From assembly GCA_027297745.1 (NCBI GenBank), contig JAPUHK010000024.1, positions 994-64,993 of the forward strand: a DNA stretch of 64,000 bases. Direction: 5' to 3'. Each line of letters starts with the position of its first letter. The stretch's first letter is position 1. The notes beneath the pieces were generated by a model. It saw only the letters and a program-made list of their open reading frames with translations, was not told where the DNA came from and searched no databases. The stretch is from Planctomycetota bacterium (GTDB lineage: Bacteria; Planctomycetota; PLA2). Of the stretch, positions 49,079 to 59,081 are shown piece after piece. The translations under genes and the position numbers were made by a program.

Positions 49079-49450
49079 TTACCCGCCCGGGCTGCGCTCT
49101 TCGAGCGCGACGCGCCGCCCGTCCGGGTCCTGCAGCTCGGCCACGCGGATCCCCGGACCCGGTTCGTGCGGGGTGCCGACGCACACGCCGTTGCGCTCCA
49201 GCGCCGCAACGGCGGCGGCCAGGTCGTCGACGCGGAACAGGAGCTCGTCGGGTGAGCGGCCGAAGTCCTCCGGCGCGTACTCCATGCCCTCCCAAGGCCC
49301 ACGCAGGCAGAGCAGCGCTTCGCCCGTGTCGAAGACCGCCCAGCCGGGGTGCACGGCCTGCGCCGTCAAACCCAACGTGTCGCGATAAAACTCTACGGCG
49401 CGCTCAAAGTCGCGCACCAGCAGCACGATGCGGCCGACGTGCATTCCCAT
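49079..49450 (-). CDS. Glyoxalase / bleomycin-resistance (VOC) family protein.
   Basis: MGMHVGRIVLLVRDFERAVEFYRDTLGL ... about 123 aa. Only the 3' portion of the 246-aa track ORF. Confidence 0.7.
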   Translation of the reverse strand: MGMHVGRIVLLVRDFERAVEFYRDTLGLTAQAVHPGWAVFDTGEALLCLRGPWEGMEYAPEDFGRSPDELLFRVDDLAAAVAALERNGVCVGTPHEPGPGIRVAELQDPDGRRVALEERSPGG

Positions 49451-49455
49451 GCGGC

Positions 49456-50649
49456 CTAGTCTCCCGCGAGGATCTCCTCGAGCTGTTCCACGCTGCGGAA
49501 GGCCGTCGTCCTGACGTCGCGCAGGGTCTCGGTCAGAAGCCCCCGGTGGACCTGCGCGGGGCCGCACAGCACGGCCACCCGCGGCCCGGCGCGGGCGCTC
49601 TTCGTGCTGCCGAGCAGCTTGCGGAAGCGCACGGCGGACGCCTCGTCGTCCCACACCGTCCACACGACGACCAAGAACCGCTCGCCGTCCTGGTAGACCT
49701 GCGCCTGGTCGCCGCCCCAGCGCAGGTCGTCGGGCAGGCCGCCGCCGATCTGCTCCACAGACAACGGCTTCGGCGCGGTGTCCGGACGTAGCGCCCAGAC
49801 CCAGTCCGCGATCGTCCACTCCCCGAGCACCGTGCGCGCGGCGAGCTTCCAGCCCGCGCCGAGGCGGTCGGACAAATCCGGCACGATCACGGCCAGCGGC
49901 GGATCGTTGCGCTCCGGATGCAGGACCTGCTCGGTGCTGACGGGAGGGTTGAGGTACAGCGCGTCGCAGGCGTCGCGCAAGCCGCCCTTCGCGTGCGCGA
50001 GCAGGTAGCGCGCTCCCGCGACGTAGGGATGGTAGGTCCAGCGCACGGCGTACGGCTCGCAGCCCTCGATGTCCAGCCGCTCCGGCAGCGCCTCGATCTT
50101 GTCCCGCATGCCGTCGAGCGATCCCGTGGGCCAGGACAGCTCATGCAACACGGCCTCGCCCTCCTTGGCCGCGGCGCGCGCCCAATTCACGTCGTCGAAG
50201 TAGCCGTCTATGGCGGGCGGTGCGTTGAAGAGGCGGCTGTGGCGCGCTTGCACGGCGTGCATCAGCGCGTGCGCCAGCTGCGGCTCGCGCAGCTCCGCCG
50301 GCGTGTCCGTGAAGTAGACCAGCCGGTCATCGCTCAGGTGGTAGTAGCCGCGGTAGCGCCTGCGAACCTCGTCGTACGCTTCGTCCGCATCTTGTCCGGC
50401 CGGAACAATGCCGAGCGTGCGCCACAGCACCGCGTAGGGCTCGTTCGTCTTCGTGGGTTGTGCGGCGACGCGCTTGTGCCACTCGGTGCGGGGGATCACT
50501 TCGAGTTGCAGGCGGTCGTCGAGCTTCAGGCCGCGCAACTCCTGCAGCCGCGTCGCTACCTTGCGAAAGCCCTCTTGCGGCGTCCACGAGTCCGCGCGGG
50601 CGCTGAAGGCGAGTGCACAGAGCAGTGCCGTGGGTAGGCGGACGCTCAT
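49456..50649 (-). CDS. Secreted hypothetical protein.
   Basis: Signal peptide MSVRLPTALLCALAFSARA. 397 aa. No recognised family. Only the 3' part of the 573-aa track ORF. Confidence 0.55.
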   Translation of the reverse strand: MSVRLPTALLCALAFSARADSWTPQEGFRKVATRLQELRGLKLDDRLQLEVIPRTEWHKRVAAQPTKTNEPYAVLWRTLGIVPAGQDADEAYDEVRRRYRGYYHLSDDRLVYFTDTPAELREPQLAHALMHAVQARHSRLFNAPPAIDGYFDDVNWARAAAKEGEAVLHELSWPTGSLDGMRDKIEALPERLDIEGCEPYAVRWTYHPYVAGARYLLAHAKGGLRDACDALYLNPPVSTEQVLHPERNDPPLAVIVPDLSDRLGAGWKLAARTVLGEWTIADWVWALRPDTAPKPLSVEQIGGGLPDDLRWGGDQAQVYQDGERFLVVVWTVWDDEASAVRFRKLLGSTKSARAGPRVAVLCGPAQVHRGLLTETLRDVRTTAFRSVEQLEEILAGD

Positions 50650-50801
50650 CGGCGTCCAGCCTACCCGGCGCGTTACCGCAGCGCATGGGCCCGCAGGCGA
50701 CCCTCGCGTACGACGAACGCACGCCCGCGCCCCGCCGCCCGGTTGGCGGCCCGGTCGTACGGAACGGCAGAGCATCGGGCGCCGTGATACCGCGGCGCGG
50801 C

Positions 50802-51329
50802 CTACGGGTCGTAGAAGACCTGGGTCCACCAGGGGCCGCCCGAGGCGTTGTGCACACCCACGCCGAGCCGCGTGAAGGACGCGCTGAGGATGTTGGCGCG
50901 GTGGCCGGCGGAGTTCATCCAGGCGATCATGACCGACACCGGGTCCGGCTGGCCGCGCGCGATGTTCTCGCCCGCCGCGCTCCAGGTGATGCCGGCCAGC
51001 GAGAGCCGGTCCCACGGCATCTGGCCGTCCGGGTTCTGGTGATCGAAGAAGGCGCGCAGGTCCATGTCGACGCTGTGGTCGTAGGCCACCTGGGACGTGG
51101 GGTCGTGCCAGGTCAGGGGCGCGACTCCCGCATTGACCCGCTCGACGTTCGTGAGGTCGAAGACCTGCATCGCCCAAGCGAGTTCCTGAACGGACATCTG
51201 CCCGCCGCCGCCGCCGCCGGTGCCGATCGAGGTGGTCCCGGAATCGCTGCTGCCGGTGCAGGCGGGAACCAGCAGCAACAGCGCGGTCAGTGCGGCGGTG
51301 AGGAAGGGAGTCCGTTTCAGCATGGACAT
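50802..51329 (-). CDS. CAP/SCP/PR-1-like domain lipoprotein.
   Basis: Lipobox LLVPACTGS. A Gly-rich linker. CAP signatures HYTQVVW-like (GHRANIL, WWTQVFYDP). Confidence 0.7.
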   Translation of the reverse strand: MSMLKRTPFLTAALTALLLLVPACTGSSDSGTTSIGTGGGGGGQMSVQELAWAMQVFDLTNVERVNAGVAPLTWHDPTSQVAYDHSVDMDLRAFFDHQNPDGQMPWDRLSLAGITWSAAGENIARGQPDPVSVMIAWMNSAGHRANILSASFTRLGVGVHNASGGPWWTQVFYDP

Positions 51330-51401
51330 TACGCTGCCTAATCTTCGTCGCCCCCGGCCGGGGCTTGAGGCGGCGCCCAAAGGCCCCATTCTGGAGGGCT
51401 T

Positions 51402-52745
51402 TCAGGGCTGCCGCGGAGCGCGCATCGCGCGCCCGTGCTGGTGCAGCGTCAGGGCCACGACCCTGCCGTCCTGCTTGTGGAAGGTGATGCGCGCGTCGAC
51501 CACTTTGTAGAAGAAGCTCGTCTCCGACTCGGGAAAGACCTGCAGCTTGGCCTGGCCTGTGGCCTGCACCATGAGCTTGTCGCCCTCGCGGGTGACCGTC
51601 AGCACAAACTGCGGCGTGAGCGCGTACGCGCCCGCGTAGGCGTCGTAGATCTTCGGGTCGACCTGCGCCTCCCGGGGCGGCTGCTCTCCACGCAGCAGCT
51701 TCATGATCCGCCGGCCGACGCTGTCGATCACGCCGTCGGCCGTGTTGCTGAGAATGACGAGAGCGTGCCCGCGCTGCGTGTCCACCGCTGCGAAGGAGTG
51801 GTAGCCGCCGGTCTGGCCGTTGTGCCTACGGTAGCCGAGCGGGTCGATGTGCCAGCCGAGCCCGAGCTTTTGCGCCTGGGGCGCGCCGGGCTTGTGGTGT
51901 ACCTTGCGCGCCAGCGCCAGGGCCGCGTGCATGCCGCCGTCCTTCTCTGCCAGATTCGCCTGCAGGAACGCCAGCATGTCGCGCACGGAGGAGCGAATGC
52001 CGCCCGCTCCGGCCAGCGTGGGGATGTCCCAGGTGGAGGACGGCACCCCGTTGGCCCGGTAGGGGGGTGCGAGCCGCTTGCGCATGTCCTGCGTGTACAC
52101 GATGCGCGTGCTCGGCATACCGAGCGGCTCCGTGATGCGCTCGACGAGCAGCGCCTCGTAGCTCTTGCCCGCCTTGCGCGCCAGCGCATGCCCTAGCAGG
52201 CCTGCGCCGAGGTTGCTATACGCGCTCTTCAGCCCTGGAGCGCGCTTCAAGGTGCAGCCGGACAAGAAGGCGTACATCAGCGCCGGCGTGTAGTCCGCGT
52301 AGGGATTGTTGGGATCCTTCGGGGCGAAGTTGCTCGGCATGCGCGGCAAGGCCGAGGTGTGCGTGGAGAGATCGACCAACGTGATCTTGCGCCCCCCGTG
52401 CGCCGGCACCTGCACCGTGTCGGGCAAGAGCTGCTCGAGCGGCTGGTCGAGGCGGACGCTGCCGTCCTGCACGAGCGCCGCCAACAGCACGCCCGTAAAG
52501 ACCTTGCTGATCGATCCGATCTCGTAGACGGTGTCCTGATCGGGCACGTCTTTCTCGCCCACTGTGACCTTGCCGTACCCGCGCACCCACGGCTGCTTGT
52601 CGCGCGCCTCGATCACGCCGATCGTCATCCCCACGACGCTGCCGCTCCCGATTACCGGCTGCGCGAGGGCGTCGACCTCCCGCGCGAGGTCTTTGGCGGC
52701 CGCGCACGGCAGGGCCACGAGCAAGATGAGCAGAACGCCTCTCAT
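51402..52745 (-). CDS. Secreted serine hydrolase of the beta-lactamase / penicillin-binding-protein family (class C-like).
   Basis: Signal peptide MRGVLLILLVALPCAAA. SxxK motif in YEIGSISKVF. A YxN-type motif (YSNLG). About 447 aa. Confidence 0.8.
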   Translation of the reverse strand: MRGVLLILLVALPCAAAKDLAREVDALAQPVIGSGSVVGMTIGVIEARDKQPWVRGYGKVTVGEKDVPDQDTVYEIGSISKVFTGVLLAALVQDGSVRLDQPLEQLLPDTVQVPAHGGRKITLVDLSTHTSALPRMPSNFAPKDPNNPYADYTPALMYAFLSGCTLKRAPGLKSAYSNLGAGLLGHALARKAGKSYEALLVERITEPLGMPSTRIVYTQDMRKRLAPPYRANGVPSSTWDIPTLAGAGGIRSSVRDMLAFLQANLAEKDGGMHAALALARKVHHKPGAPQAQKLGLGWHIDPLGYRRHNGQTGGYHSFAAVDTQRGHALVILSNTADGVIDSVGRRIMKLLRGEQPPREAQVDPKIYDAYAGAYALTPQFVLTVTREGDKLMVQATGQAKLQVFPESETSFFYKVVDARITFHKQDGRVVALTLHQHGRAMRAPRQP

Positions 52746-52990
52746 GACCACCCTCCAAGGGTAATCGACGGCGCGCCCACGCACGACGCTGCCGTCTGCG
52801 CACGCGCGCAAGCGCGTAGGCGCACGGTGGCGATTGGACGAATGCGTGCAGTCGTTCCAACCACGCCGCCCGTGCGCCGGATCCCCGTTGGAGCGCTCGA
52901 ACCTTATCGTGCACCGCGAGCGGCACCCGTGTTGCGTATGCGGAGGCGGGCTAAGGGACGAGCGGAGCCTCAACCGAGAGAGGAGAGCTC

Positions 52991-53496
52991 ATGCGTAAGG
53001 GAACGATCGCCCTGTGTCTACTCGTCTGTGCTGCAGGCACCTACGCGGCAGTCGAGTGGACCGTCGGCAACGGAGACGCAGGCGGGGCCAATCTGCATCA
53101 GATGGGCAAGTCCGGCATCAAGGCTCGCATCCGTATCGTGGATCACGGTGACCCGGCCGCGGGTCTCGAGGTGACGGGCACGGCCACGGGCCTCGACCCG
53201 GGCCAAGCCTATTTCTCGCTGTTTTACGACAGCAGGGCCAAGCCCTCCGGTCCTTCGGCCTGCGCGCCCAACGTGCCGGGCGCCCTGACCCCGCCTCAGA
53301 TGTTCATCTCCTTCTGGCAGGTGGACGGCAACGGCAACGGCACGCTGCACGTGACCAAGACCGGCCCCTCCTACGCCGCTCTGGGCGCCCTGGGGGGGCC
53401 ATGTCGATCCGTCTGGGCGCCACCGGCGCGCTGCAGGCCTGCGGTAAGGTCACTCCCGCCGACGAGTCCGCGCGCACCTGCCGCCTCCAGCGTTGA
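52991..53496 (+). CDS. Secreted Cu/Zn-SOD-fold (CHRD-like) protein interrupted by a frameshift at a G7 homopolymer.
   Basis: Signal peptide MRKGTIALCLLVCAAGTYAA. LEVTGTATGLDPGQAYFSLFYD resembles the SodC beta-barrel, but the His ligands are replaced. After the G-run at 53392-53398 the shifted frame reads MSIRLGATGALQACGKV, matching the SodC C-terminal (SRLACGVIG) motif, and stops at 53496. Confidence 0.45.
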
Positions 53497-53566
53497 CCCA
53501 CGATCCCAACGAAAAGCGGGGCGCCCGTTTCAGGGCGCCCCGCGCTGTTGGCTGTGAGTCCGTGGA

Positions 53567-56395
53567 CTAGGGTCCGCTGACGTAGTTGCCGGCGTTGCCC
53601 CCGATGTTGCCGTTGGCGTCCAGCCAGGAGTCCAGGTGGATTCCGATGGCCGGGTCGGGGTTGGTCAGCCTGTCGATCAGCGTGCCCGTCAGCGGTCCCG
53701 CCATGGTCGGGTTGGGCGTGCCCGTGCGCAAGCTCGGGCCCGTCCCCGGCATGAGCGGGTGGTTGCTGGAGCTCGTCGGAGTTCCGTCCGCGAGCACGAT
53801 GCTGTCCAGGTTGTAAGCGATGCGGGTCATGAACGTGGCCGGGTCGAAGGCCGTCGCCGGCGCGACCGTCACGTTCTGGATGCCCGGATCGGCGAAGATG
53901 CCGTACCGGTTCGGGTTCTGGTCCAGCGGGTTGATAGCGCCGCCGTTCCCGTCGAACAGGAACAGCCCCGTACCCAGGCCGGCCACCATGTGCACCCAGA
54001 AGGGTGAGTTCATCTGGTTGCCGGAGTTCTGGCCGAAGTGCTGCCTCAGCTCCGTGAAGTCCAGTTGATCGTAGCTTCCGCTCGCCATGGCGGAACGGAA
54101 GGCCACGTACTCGGTCCCGTACTGCTGCATACCCGCCTCGGTGATGTGGCACGCGACGCAGTAGCGCGGGCCCTCCATGGTGGAGGTGACGCGGCCGCGG
54201 ATCGAGTGGGCCATCATCGCGTTGTGACCGAGCGAGGGCGTTTGGTTGGGGTCGCTCCCCTGCGCCTTGCGGTCGGAGAACGTGAAGATGCTGGACAGCT
54301 GGTTGTTGCGGTCCTCCCACTGGAAGAACATCTTCGTGTTCGAGCTGACCTGCGTGATCTCGTTGTGCGGGCTGATGCCCAGCGCCATGAACACGGGCGA
54401 CTGGTACACGAACTCGGCCTCGTCCTCCTCGAAGACGATGCGCTCGCCCGTGATGTTGCTGAAGTCATTCGAGTACTCGCCCTTCAGGTGACAGCCCATG
54501 CACGTGTTCGTCCACGAAGCGTGGCAGGACGCGCAGTCCAGGTCGTCCGTGTGGCTGAAGTTGCTCGGGACCGCGTTGTTCGCCTGGATCGGACCTATGC
54601 CGGTCGTGCCCAGGCCGTCGTCACGGCCCATCGCATAGGAGGCCTTGTCGCTGTACAGGGGCGCCCCGCTGAACGGGTGCGTCCGGCCCGTGTTCACGGT
54701 GACGTCCAGCGTCTGCGGGACGAAGTGACGCGCGCCCGTGAGACGGCTGTACAGGTAGAAGTGGCCGTCGCTCTCCAGCACGACGTGCGCCAGGGTGTTC
54801 CCCTCGCCGTCCACCGCCAGCTCCTGGGTGGTGTTGTCGTAGGCCGTGCCTTGAGCCGTCTGGGCATAGGCCGCGACGCCGCCGTGGCAGCTCTCGCAAC
54901 GGATCCCCACGGCGTGCTCCATGCGGCTCACGATCTTGCCGCCGCTCGGGGAGGTCACGTCGCCGCCGTGCAGGTCGAAGCTGCCGTGGCAGTCGATGCA
55001 GCCCATGCCGGCCTCGTAGTGCACGTCGGGCGGGGTGTCGTCGCGGCCGTCGTCGTCGTAGTCCTCCTCGAGGAGGTACTGGTTGCGGTTGCGCCCGTTG
55101 AACTCGCGGTTCCCCAACCGGATCAGGACGCCGTTCTGGTCGTAGATCGGCAGGTTGGGGTCGAACAGGCGCGTGTCGCCGGAGGTCGTCCGGTAACTTC
55201 CCGGCTGCGACGGGTACTGGAAGCCGCGCCGCACGTCCTGGTTCTGGTCGAGGCGGATGCCCCAGTACTGCATGACCGTGCGGTTCGAGCCCTGGTGGCA
55301 GCCGGCGCAGGCGTAGTCGTCGATGCCCTGGACGAACTCGCCGCTGGACAACGTCTTGGCCACGGTGCGGATCAGGTGGCGGGCGACGTGCGGCAGCTCG
55401 GGCTCGTCGATGTCGTCCGGATCGTACGGCTCCATGCGGTTGAGGTTCGGATCGTTGCTGGTGGAGCGCCCGCTCAGGCTGTGGCGCATGTGGCACGCCG
55501 AGCAACCCGAGCCGCGGTAGTCGCCGTAGCGGTTGTTCGCGCCGGCGCTGCCGAGGTGGCAGTCTCCGCAGGTGTAGGCGATCTGCTCGTGATAGAGCTT
55601 CGCCAGCGGGGAGTCCGTGATCGCCTGGCCCGTCAGCGGATCGATGTCGTCATCGAGCTCGGCGGCGTCGAAATCCGGGTTGTTGCGGATGTCGTTCGGG
55701 CCGTTGTTGAAGCGCCGGCTGTAGACCGGGAACTCCATCAGGTTTTGCACCGAACCGAAGGTCGTCGGGTCGAAGCTCTGGTCCGTGACGGCGCGAATGC
55801 CCAGGTCGGCGGCCGTGTCCTCGTAGCCCGTGTACCCCATCTGGTTGTCCACGCCGGCCGCGAACATCGCGCCGGAGAAGATGCCCATCTCGGTGGCGAT
55901 CGGGCTCTGGGACACGATCTGCGCGTGGTTCGCGTGGCACTGGCCGCAGCTGCGGTTCTGCGTGACCACGCGGATGTCGGCCGGGCTGACGAACTGCAGC
56001 CAGTCCAGCGCGCTGTAGGTCTGCCCGTTCGCGGCCGTGTAGTCCGGGAACTTGTCCGGACCGGCCAGGGTCAGCCGGTTGAAGTAGGCGTGGTCGTTGT
56101 TGATCCAGTTCTGCCGGTCGCCGATCTCGGGCGGCGCCGGGACGTGGCTCGAGGCCCTGTCCGTCCCGTTCGGGTTTCCGCCGTGGCAGGTGGTGCACAG
56201 CAGGTTGCTGGCGCCCGTGAAGGGGTGTGGGTTCTCGAGGCCCGGGCCCCCGTAGTTGTTGTCCACGGAGCCGTTGTGGCAGGTCATGCACGACTGGGCC
56301 GACGCTGTGATCGCGCGGCCGCTGGAGTCGACGCAGCCCGTCACGACGAACGCCAGTAGGAAGATGACTGAGAGGAGACCTCTGTGATGAGTCAT
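53567..56395 (-). CDS. Undecaheme c-type cytochrome lipoprotein (outer-membrane / extracellular multiheme cytochrome candidate).
   Basis: Lipobox LAFVVTGC. Eleven CxxCH motifs (CMTCH, CTTCH, CGQCH, CGDCH, CSACH, CAGCH, CIDCH, CESCH, CASCH, CMGCH, CVACH) in about 940 aa. The ATG at 56395 has an alternative GTG at 56407. Confidence 0.85.
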   Translation of the reverse strand: MTHHRGLLSVIFLLAFVVTGCVDSSGRAITASAQSCMTCHNGSVDNNYGGPGLENPHPFTGASNLLCTTCHGGNPNGTDRASSHVPAPPEIGDRQNWINNDHAYFNRLTLAGPDKFPDYTAANGQTYSALDWLQFVSPADIRVVTQNRSCGQCHANHAQIVSQSPIATEMGIFSGAMFAAGVDNQMGYTGYEDTAADLGIRAVTDQSFDPTTFGSVQNLMEFPVYSRRFNNGPNDIRNNPDFDAAELDDDIDPLTGQAITDSPLAKLYHEQIAYTCGDCHLGSAGANNRYGDYRGSGCSACHMRHSLSGRSTSNDPNLNRMEPYDPDDIDEPELPHVARHLIRTVAKTLSSGEFVQGIDDYACAGCHQGSNRTVMQYWGIRLDQNQDVRRGFQYPSQPGSYRTTSGDTRLFDPNLPIYDQNGVLIRLGNREFNGRNRNQYLLEEDYDDDGRDDTPPDVHYEAGMGCIDCHGSFDLHGGDVTSPSGGKIVSRMEHAVGIRCESCHGGVAAYAQTAQGTAYDNTTQELAVDGEGNTLAHVVLESDGHFYLYSRLTGARHFVPQTLDVTVNTGRTHPFSGAPLYSDKASYAMGRDDGLGTTGIGPIQANNAVPSNFSHTDDLDCASCHASWTNTCMGCHLKGEYSNDFSNITGERIVFEEDEAEFVYQSPVFMALGISPHNEITQVSSNTKMFFQWEDRNNQLSSIFTFSDRKAQGSDPNQTPSLGHNAMMAHSIRGRVTSTMEGPRYCVACHITEAGMQQYGTEYVAFRSAMASGSYDQLDFTELRQHFGQNSGNQMNSPFWVHMVAGLGTGLFLFDGNGGAINPLDQNPNRYGIFADPGIQNVTVAPATAFDPATFMTRIAYNLDSIVLADGTPTSSSNHPLMPGTGPSLRTGTPNPTMAGPLTGTLIDRLTNPDPAIGIHLDSWLDANGNIGGNAGNYVSGP

Positions 56396-56630
56396 TTCTG
56401 ATCTCACTTTGCCCGACCCCTCCGGCGGCGACCGCCGGAGTCCGAGCGAGAGGGCGTGAGAGCCGGCCCCACGAGGGAGAGACCAACACGCGGTAGTCCG
56501 ATGCTAGGAACGGGTATCACTTGGAGGGGGGCCTGAGAGACGCAACTTGAGACTTCAGCCGGAGCGTCTCGTTGTGAGGCGGCTCGATCGGAAACGCCGG
56601 CGGTCTGCCCCACAAACCGTGCGGGGCCGC

Positions 56631-57278
56631 TCAATTGACGGCCGGCACCCATGCCGTGGGCACGTGGCACTCGTGGCAGTTGTCGACGAAGCCCAGCGGG
56701 ATGTGGGGGGGATTGGTGGTGTTGTTCCGGTCGTCCACGTGGCACGTGACGCACTCGGTGTCCACGGGGATGAAGTTGCCGACCCGCGCGCCCGGGTGGC
56801 AGCGGTAGCAGGCCACCAACGTGTGGGCGCCGAGCAGCGGGAAGCGCGTCCGGTCGTGGAGCGCGATCTGGCCCACGGGGCGCCAGGTCTGCTCGGTGTG
56901 GCAGCGGGTGCAGTCCTTGTCCAGGTCGCCGTAGTGGTAGTCCTCGTGGCAGCCCGTGCAGCCCTGCGAGTGGAAGATCGCCACAGGCCCGCGGTCGTTG
57001 TGGCAACGCAGACATTGCGCCTGCTCATGAGCCCCGTTGAGAGCGAAGCCGGTGTTGGCCAGGTGGTTGAACTTGAAGTCGCTCTTGAGCTTGTTCCAGT
57101 CACCGCCCACGTGGCACAGCTGACAGTCGGCCGGGAACGAGTCGTGCGGCAGGACCGGTCCGAAACCCGCCCACCAACGGTGCTGCTTGCCGGTCAGCGG
57201 GCGCGCGGCGGCGCAGGCCAACAGGATCGCGCTCAGGAGCGCGATCGCGATCGGGCGTCTACGGAATCGGAATCGCAT
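56631..57278 (-). CDS. Periplasmic heptaheme c-type cytochrome.
   Basis: Signal peptide MRFRFRRRPIAIALLSAILLACAAA. Seven CxxCH motifs (CQLCH, CLRCH, CTGCH, CTRCH, CYRCH, CVTCH, CHECH) in about 215 aa. A GAGAG ribosome-binding site lies 12 nt after the OMP stop codon. Confidence 0.85.
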   Translation of the reverse strand: MRFRFRRRPIAIALLSAILLACAAARPLTGKQHRWWAGFGPVLPHDSFPADCQLCHVGGDWNKLKSDFKFNHLANTGFALNGAHEQAQCLRCHNDRGPVAIFHSQGCTGCHEDYHYGDLDKDCTRCHTEQTWRPVGQIALHDRTRFPLLGAHTLVACYRCHPGARVGNFIPVDTECVTCHVDDRNNTTNPPHIPLGFVDNCHECHVPTAWVPAVN

Positions 57279-57290
57279 GGGTATCAACTC

Positions 57291-59081
57291 TCAAAAGCCC
57301 TTCTGCCAGGTGAACCCAGCGGACCACGAGATCTCCTTGTCGTAGGCGACGACCTCCCCGAACACGTAGACGTCCCAGTTTCCGACGCGATAGACGCTCA
57401 AGCTGCCGCGCAGACGTTGCTGCACCAGGTCGTCCCGGTTCGCGTTCAGGCCGTGGATGTGGTGGAAGGCAAGCTCGTACATCAGGTCCCACCTGCCCTT
57501 GGCCGTCGTGCGGCCGTAGAGGAGACGCACGCCCGCCACGCTCTCGTACTGGCCGATGTTGCCGTAGCCGACGAGGTCCAGGTGCGCCTGGCGCCGCAGC
57601 GTCTGTTCGACGCCGATGTCGAACGCGCCGCCGCTGCCGTCCTCGTCGACCCAGCCGCTGACGTGCCCGTGCAGGCGCCTGTCGGCGCCCAGCATCTTCC
57701 AGAGGTTCAGCGCCAGCCGGTCGAACTCGTTGTTCGCCAGGTCGGCGGCGAAGACGATGGGACGGTATTCGCCCTCCCGCAAGAGCTCTGCGAACGCCCA
57801 GTGCTGATAGAGGAACTGGATGCCGCCCCGGGCGAAGGTGCGGTTCAGGGAGGCGATGGCCTGCGTGATCTCTATGCCTGAGCCCTTGATCGGGTCGCTG
57901 GCGGAGTAGAAGTCGACCCAGATCGTGGCGTGGAAGGCCCAGCCGTCCACCGGCAGAACGTGCATGCGGGCCACCAGGAGGTCGCGGTCCGGGTTGCCGT
58001 TGTTCCAGGTCTTCTGGAAGCCGCCGGCGATCAGGAAACGCTCGTTCGGGTCCTGCACCCACTCGTACCAGCCCGCCAGCTGGAAGTCCTCGAAGGTGTC
58101 GAAGTCGTCGTTCAGCTCCGGCATGTAGCCCATGCTCACGCCGTAGCGGTGCCCGTTGTCGCCCCTATGCGCCCACTGCAGGCCGTCCAGCACGCCGAAC
58201 TCGGGCATGCCGTGCTGCAGGAAGCGGCCGACCTCCCAGCGGTTGCTGTTGAAGCGATTTCCGCCGCGGAAATAGGAGAGGCGGCGCAGCAGGAAGTCCC
58301 CCGTGAGGTCGCTGTTGTACTTGTAGTTCGCCAGGTAGGCCGCCTCCGCGTTGAGGCGGAAGCCGCCGCCCTTGCCGAAGGGATTCGAGTAGGTCAGGTC
58401 CGTGCCGACTCGCAAGTAGGAGCTGGTGAAGTCGCTGTCGGGGTTGTCCGTCACCGCGGCGCTCACATAGGTGAAGCCGGCGAGCCCCTTCCGGCGGTTC
58501 TTGGGGCGCACGGCTCCGGTCTCGGCCAGCAGCGACTTGCTCGTGGACCACTCCTCGTCCTTGTTCTTCCAGGGCGGGTGTTCCGGAGTCTCGCCCTCGG
58601 TGCCCGCGGCAGCAGCGCCTCCGGCTGCCGCTGCACCTGCGGCGACTCCGGCGCCGTCTTTGTCCTTGTCTTCCGGCTCGCCTTCGCCTTCCGGCTTGGT
58701 GCCTTCCCCTTCAGGCTGTCCGCCTTCGGGTTCCGGTTGCAGTTCGGGCTCCGGCTCAGGATCGGGTTGCGTGAAGCGCGAAGCCGGGATCAGCACTTCG
58801 CCGCGCGTGCCCGCTTCGGGAACGAACTTGGCGTCGCGCATCTCGACCACCGCGCTGCGCGCGCGGACCGAGAGCACGGTTCCGGAATAGGTGCCGCCCT
58901 GGCGCGGGAAGAAGGACACGACGTCGCCGATGGCGAGGCCGTCCCGCTTGCCGCGGTCGATGGTGACCGAGGCTCCGGGTCCCGCGGAGCTCACGCGCAG
59001 GGACACACGTTCCAGCTCTTCCTGCGCCCATGCGGACACGCAGGTCCACAGGACCATGGAGAGCAGAATTACAAGCCTCAC
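57291..59081 (-). CDS. Outer-membrane beta-barrel protein (porin-like), candidate sheath of a porin-cytochrome conduit.
   Basis: A GTG start overlaps the upstream stop codon (GTGA) and is preceded by GGAAGGAAGA. Signal peptide MRLVILLSMVLWTCVSAWA. An acidic PEPE/Gly-Ala low-complexity linker. Alternating amphipathic beta-strands. C-terminal aromatic residues FTWQKGF. Confidence 0.75.
   Translation of the reverse strand: MRLVILLSMVLWTCVSAWAQEELERVSLRVSSAGPGASVTIDRGKRDGLAIGDVVSFFPRQGGTYSGTVLSVRARSAVVEMRDAKFVPEAGTRGEVLIPASRFTQPDPEPEPELQPEPEGGQPEGEGTKPEGEGEPEDKDKDGAGVAAGAAAAGGAAAAGTEGETPEHPPWKNKDEEWSTSKSLLAETGAVRPKNRRKGLAGFTYVSAAVTDNPDSDFTSSYLRVGTDLTYSNPFGKGGGFRLNAEAAYLANYKYNSDLTGDFLLRRLSYFRGGNRFNSNRWEVGRFLQHGMPEFGVLDGLQWAHRGDNGHRYGVSMGYMPELNDDFDTFEDFQLAGWYEWVQDPNERFLIAGGFQKTWNNGNPDRDLLVARMHVLPVDGWAFHATIWVDFYSASDPIKGSGIEITQAIASLNRTFARGGIQFLYQHWAFAELLREGEYRPIVFAADLANNEFDRLALNLWKMLGADRRLHGHVSGWVDEDGSGGAFDIGVEQTLRRQAHLDLVGYGNIGQYESVAGVRLLYGRTTAKGRWDLMYELAFHHIHGLNANRDDLVQQRLRGSLSVYRVGNWDVYVFGEVVAYDKEISWSAGFTWQKGF

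Noticed and set aside
56404-57015. 203-aa minus-strand ORF overlapping the heptaheme cytochrome gene
   Set aside because: It is an alternative frame of 56631-57278, which carries seven CxxCH motifs and a signal peptide. This frame has no motifs.
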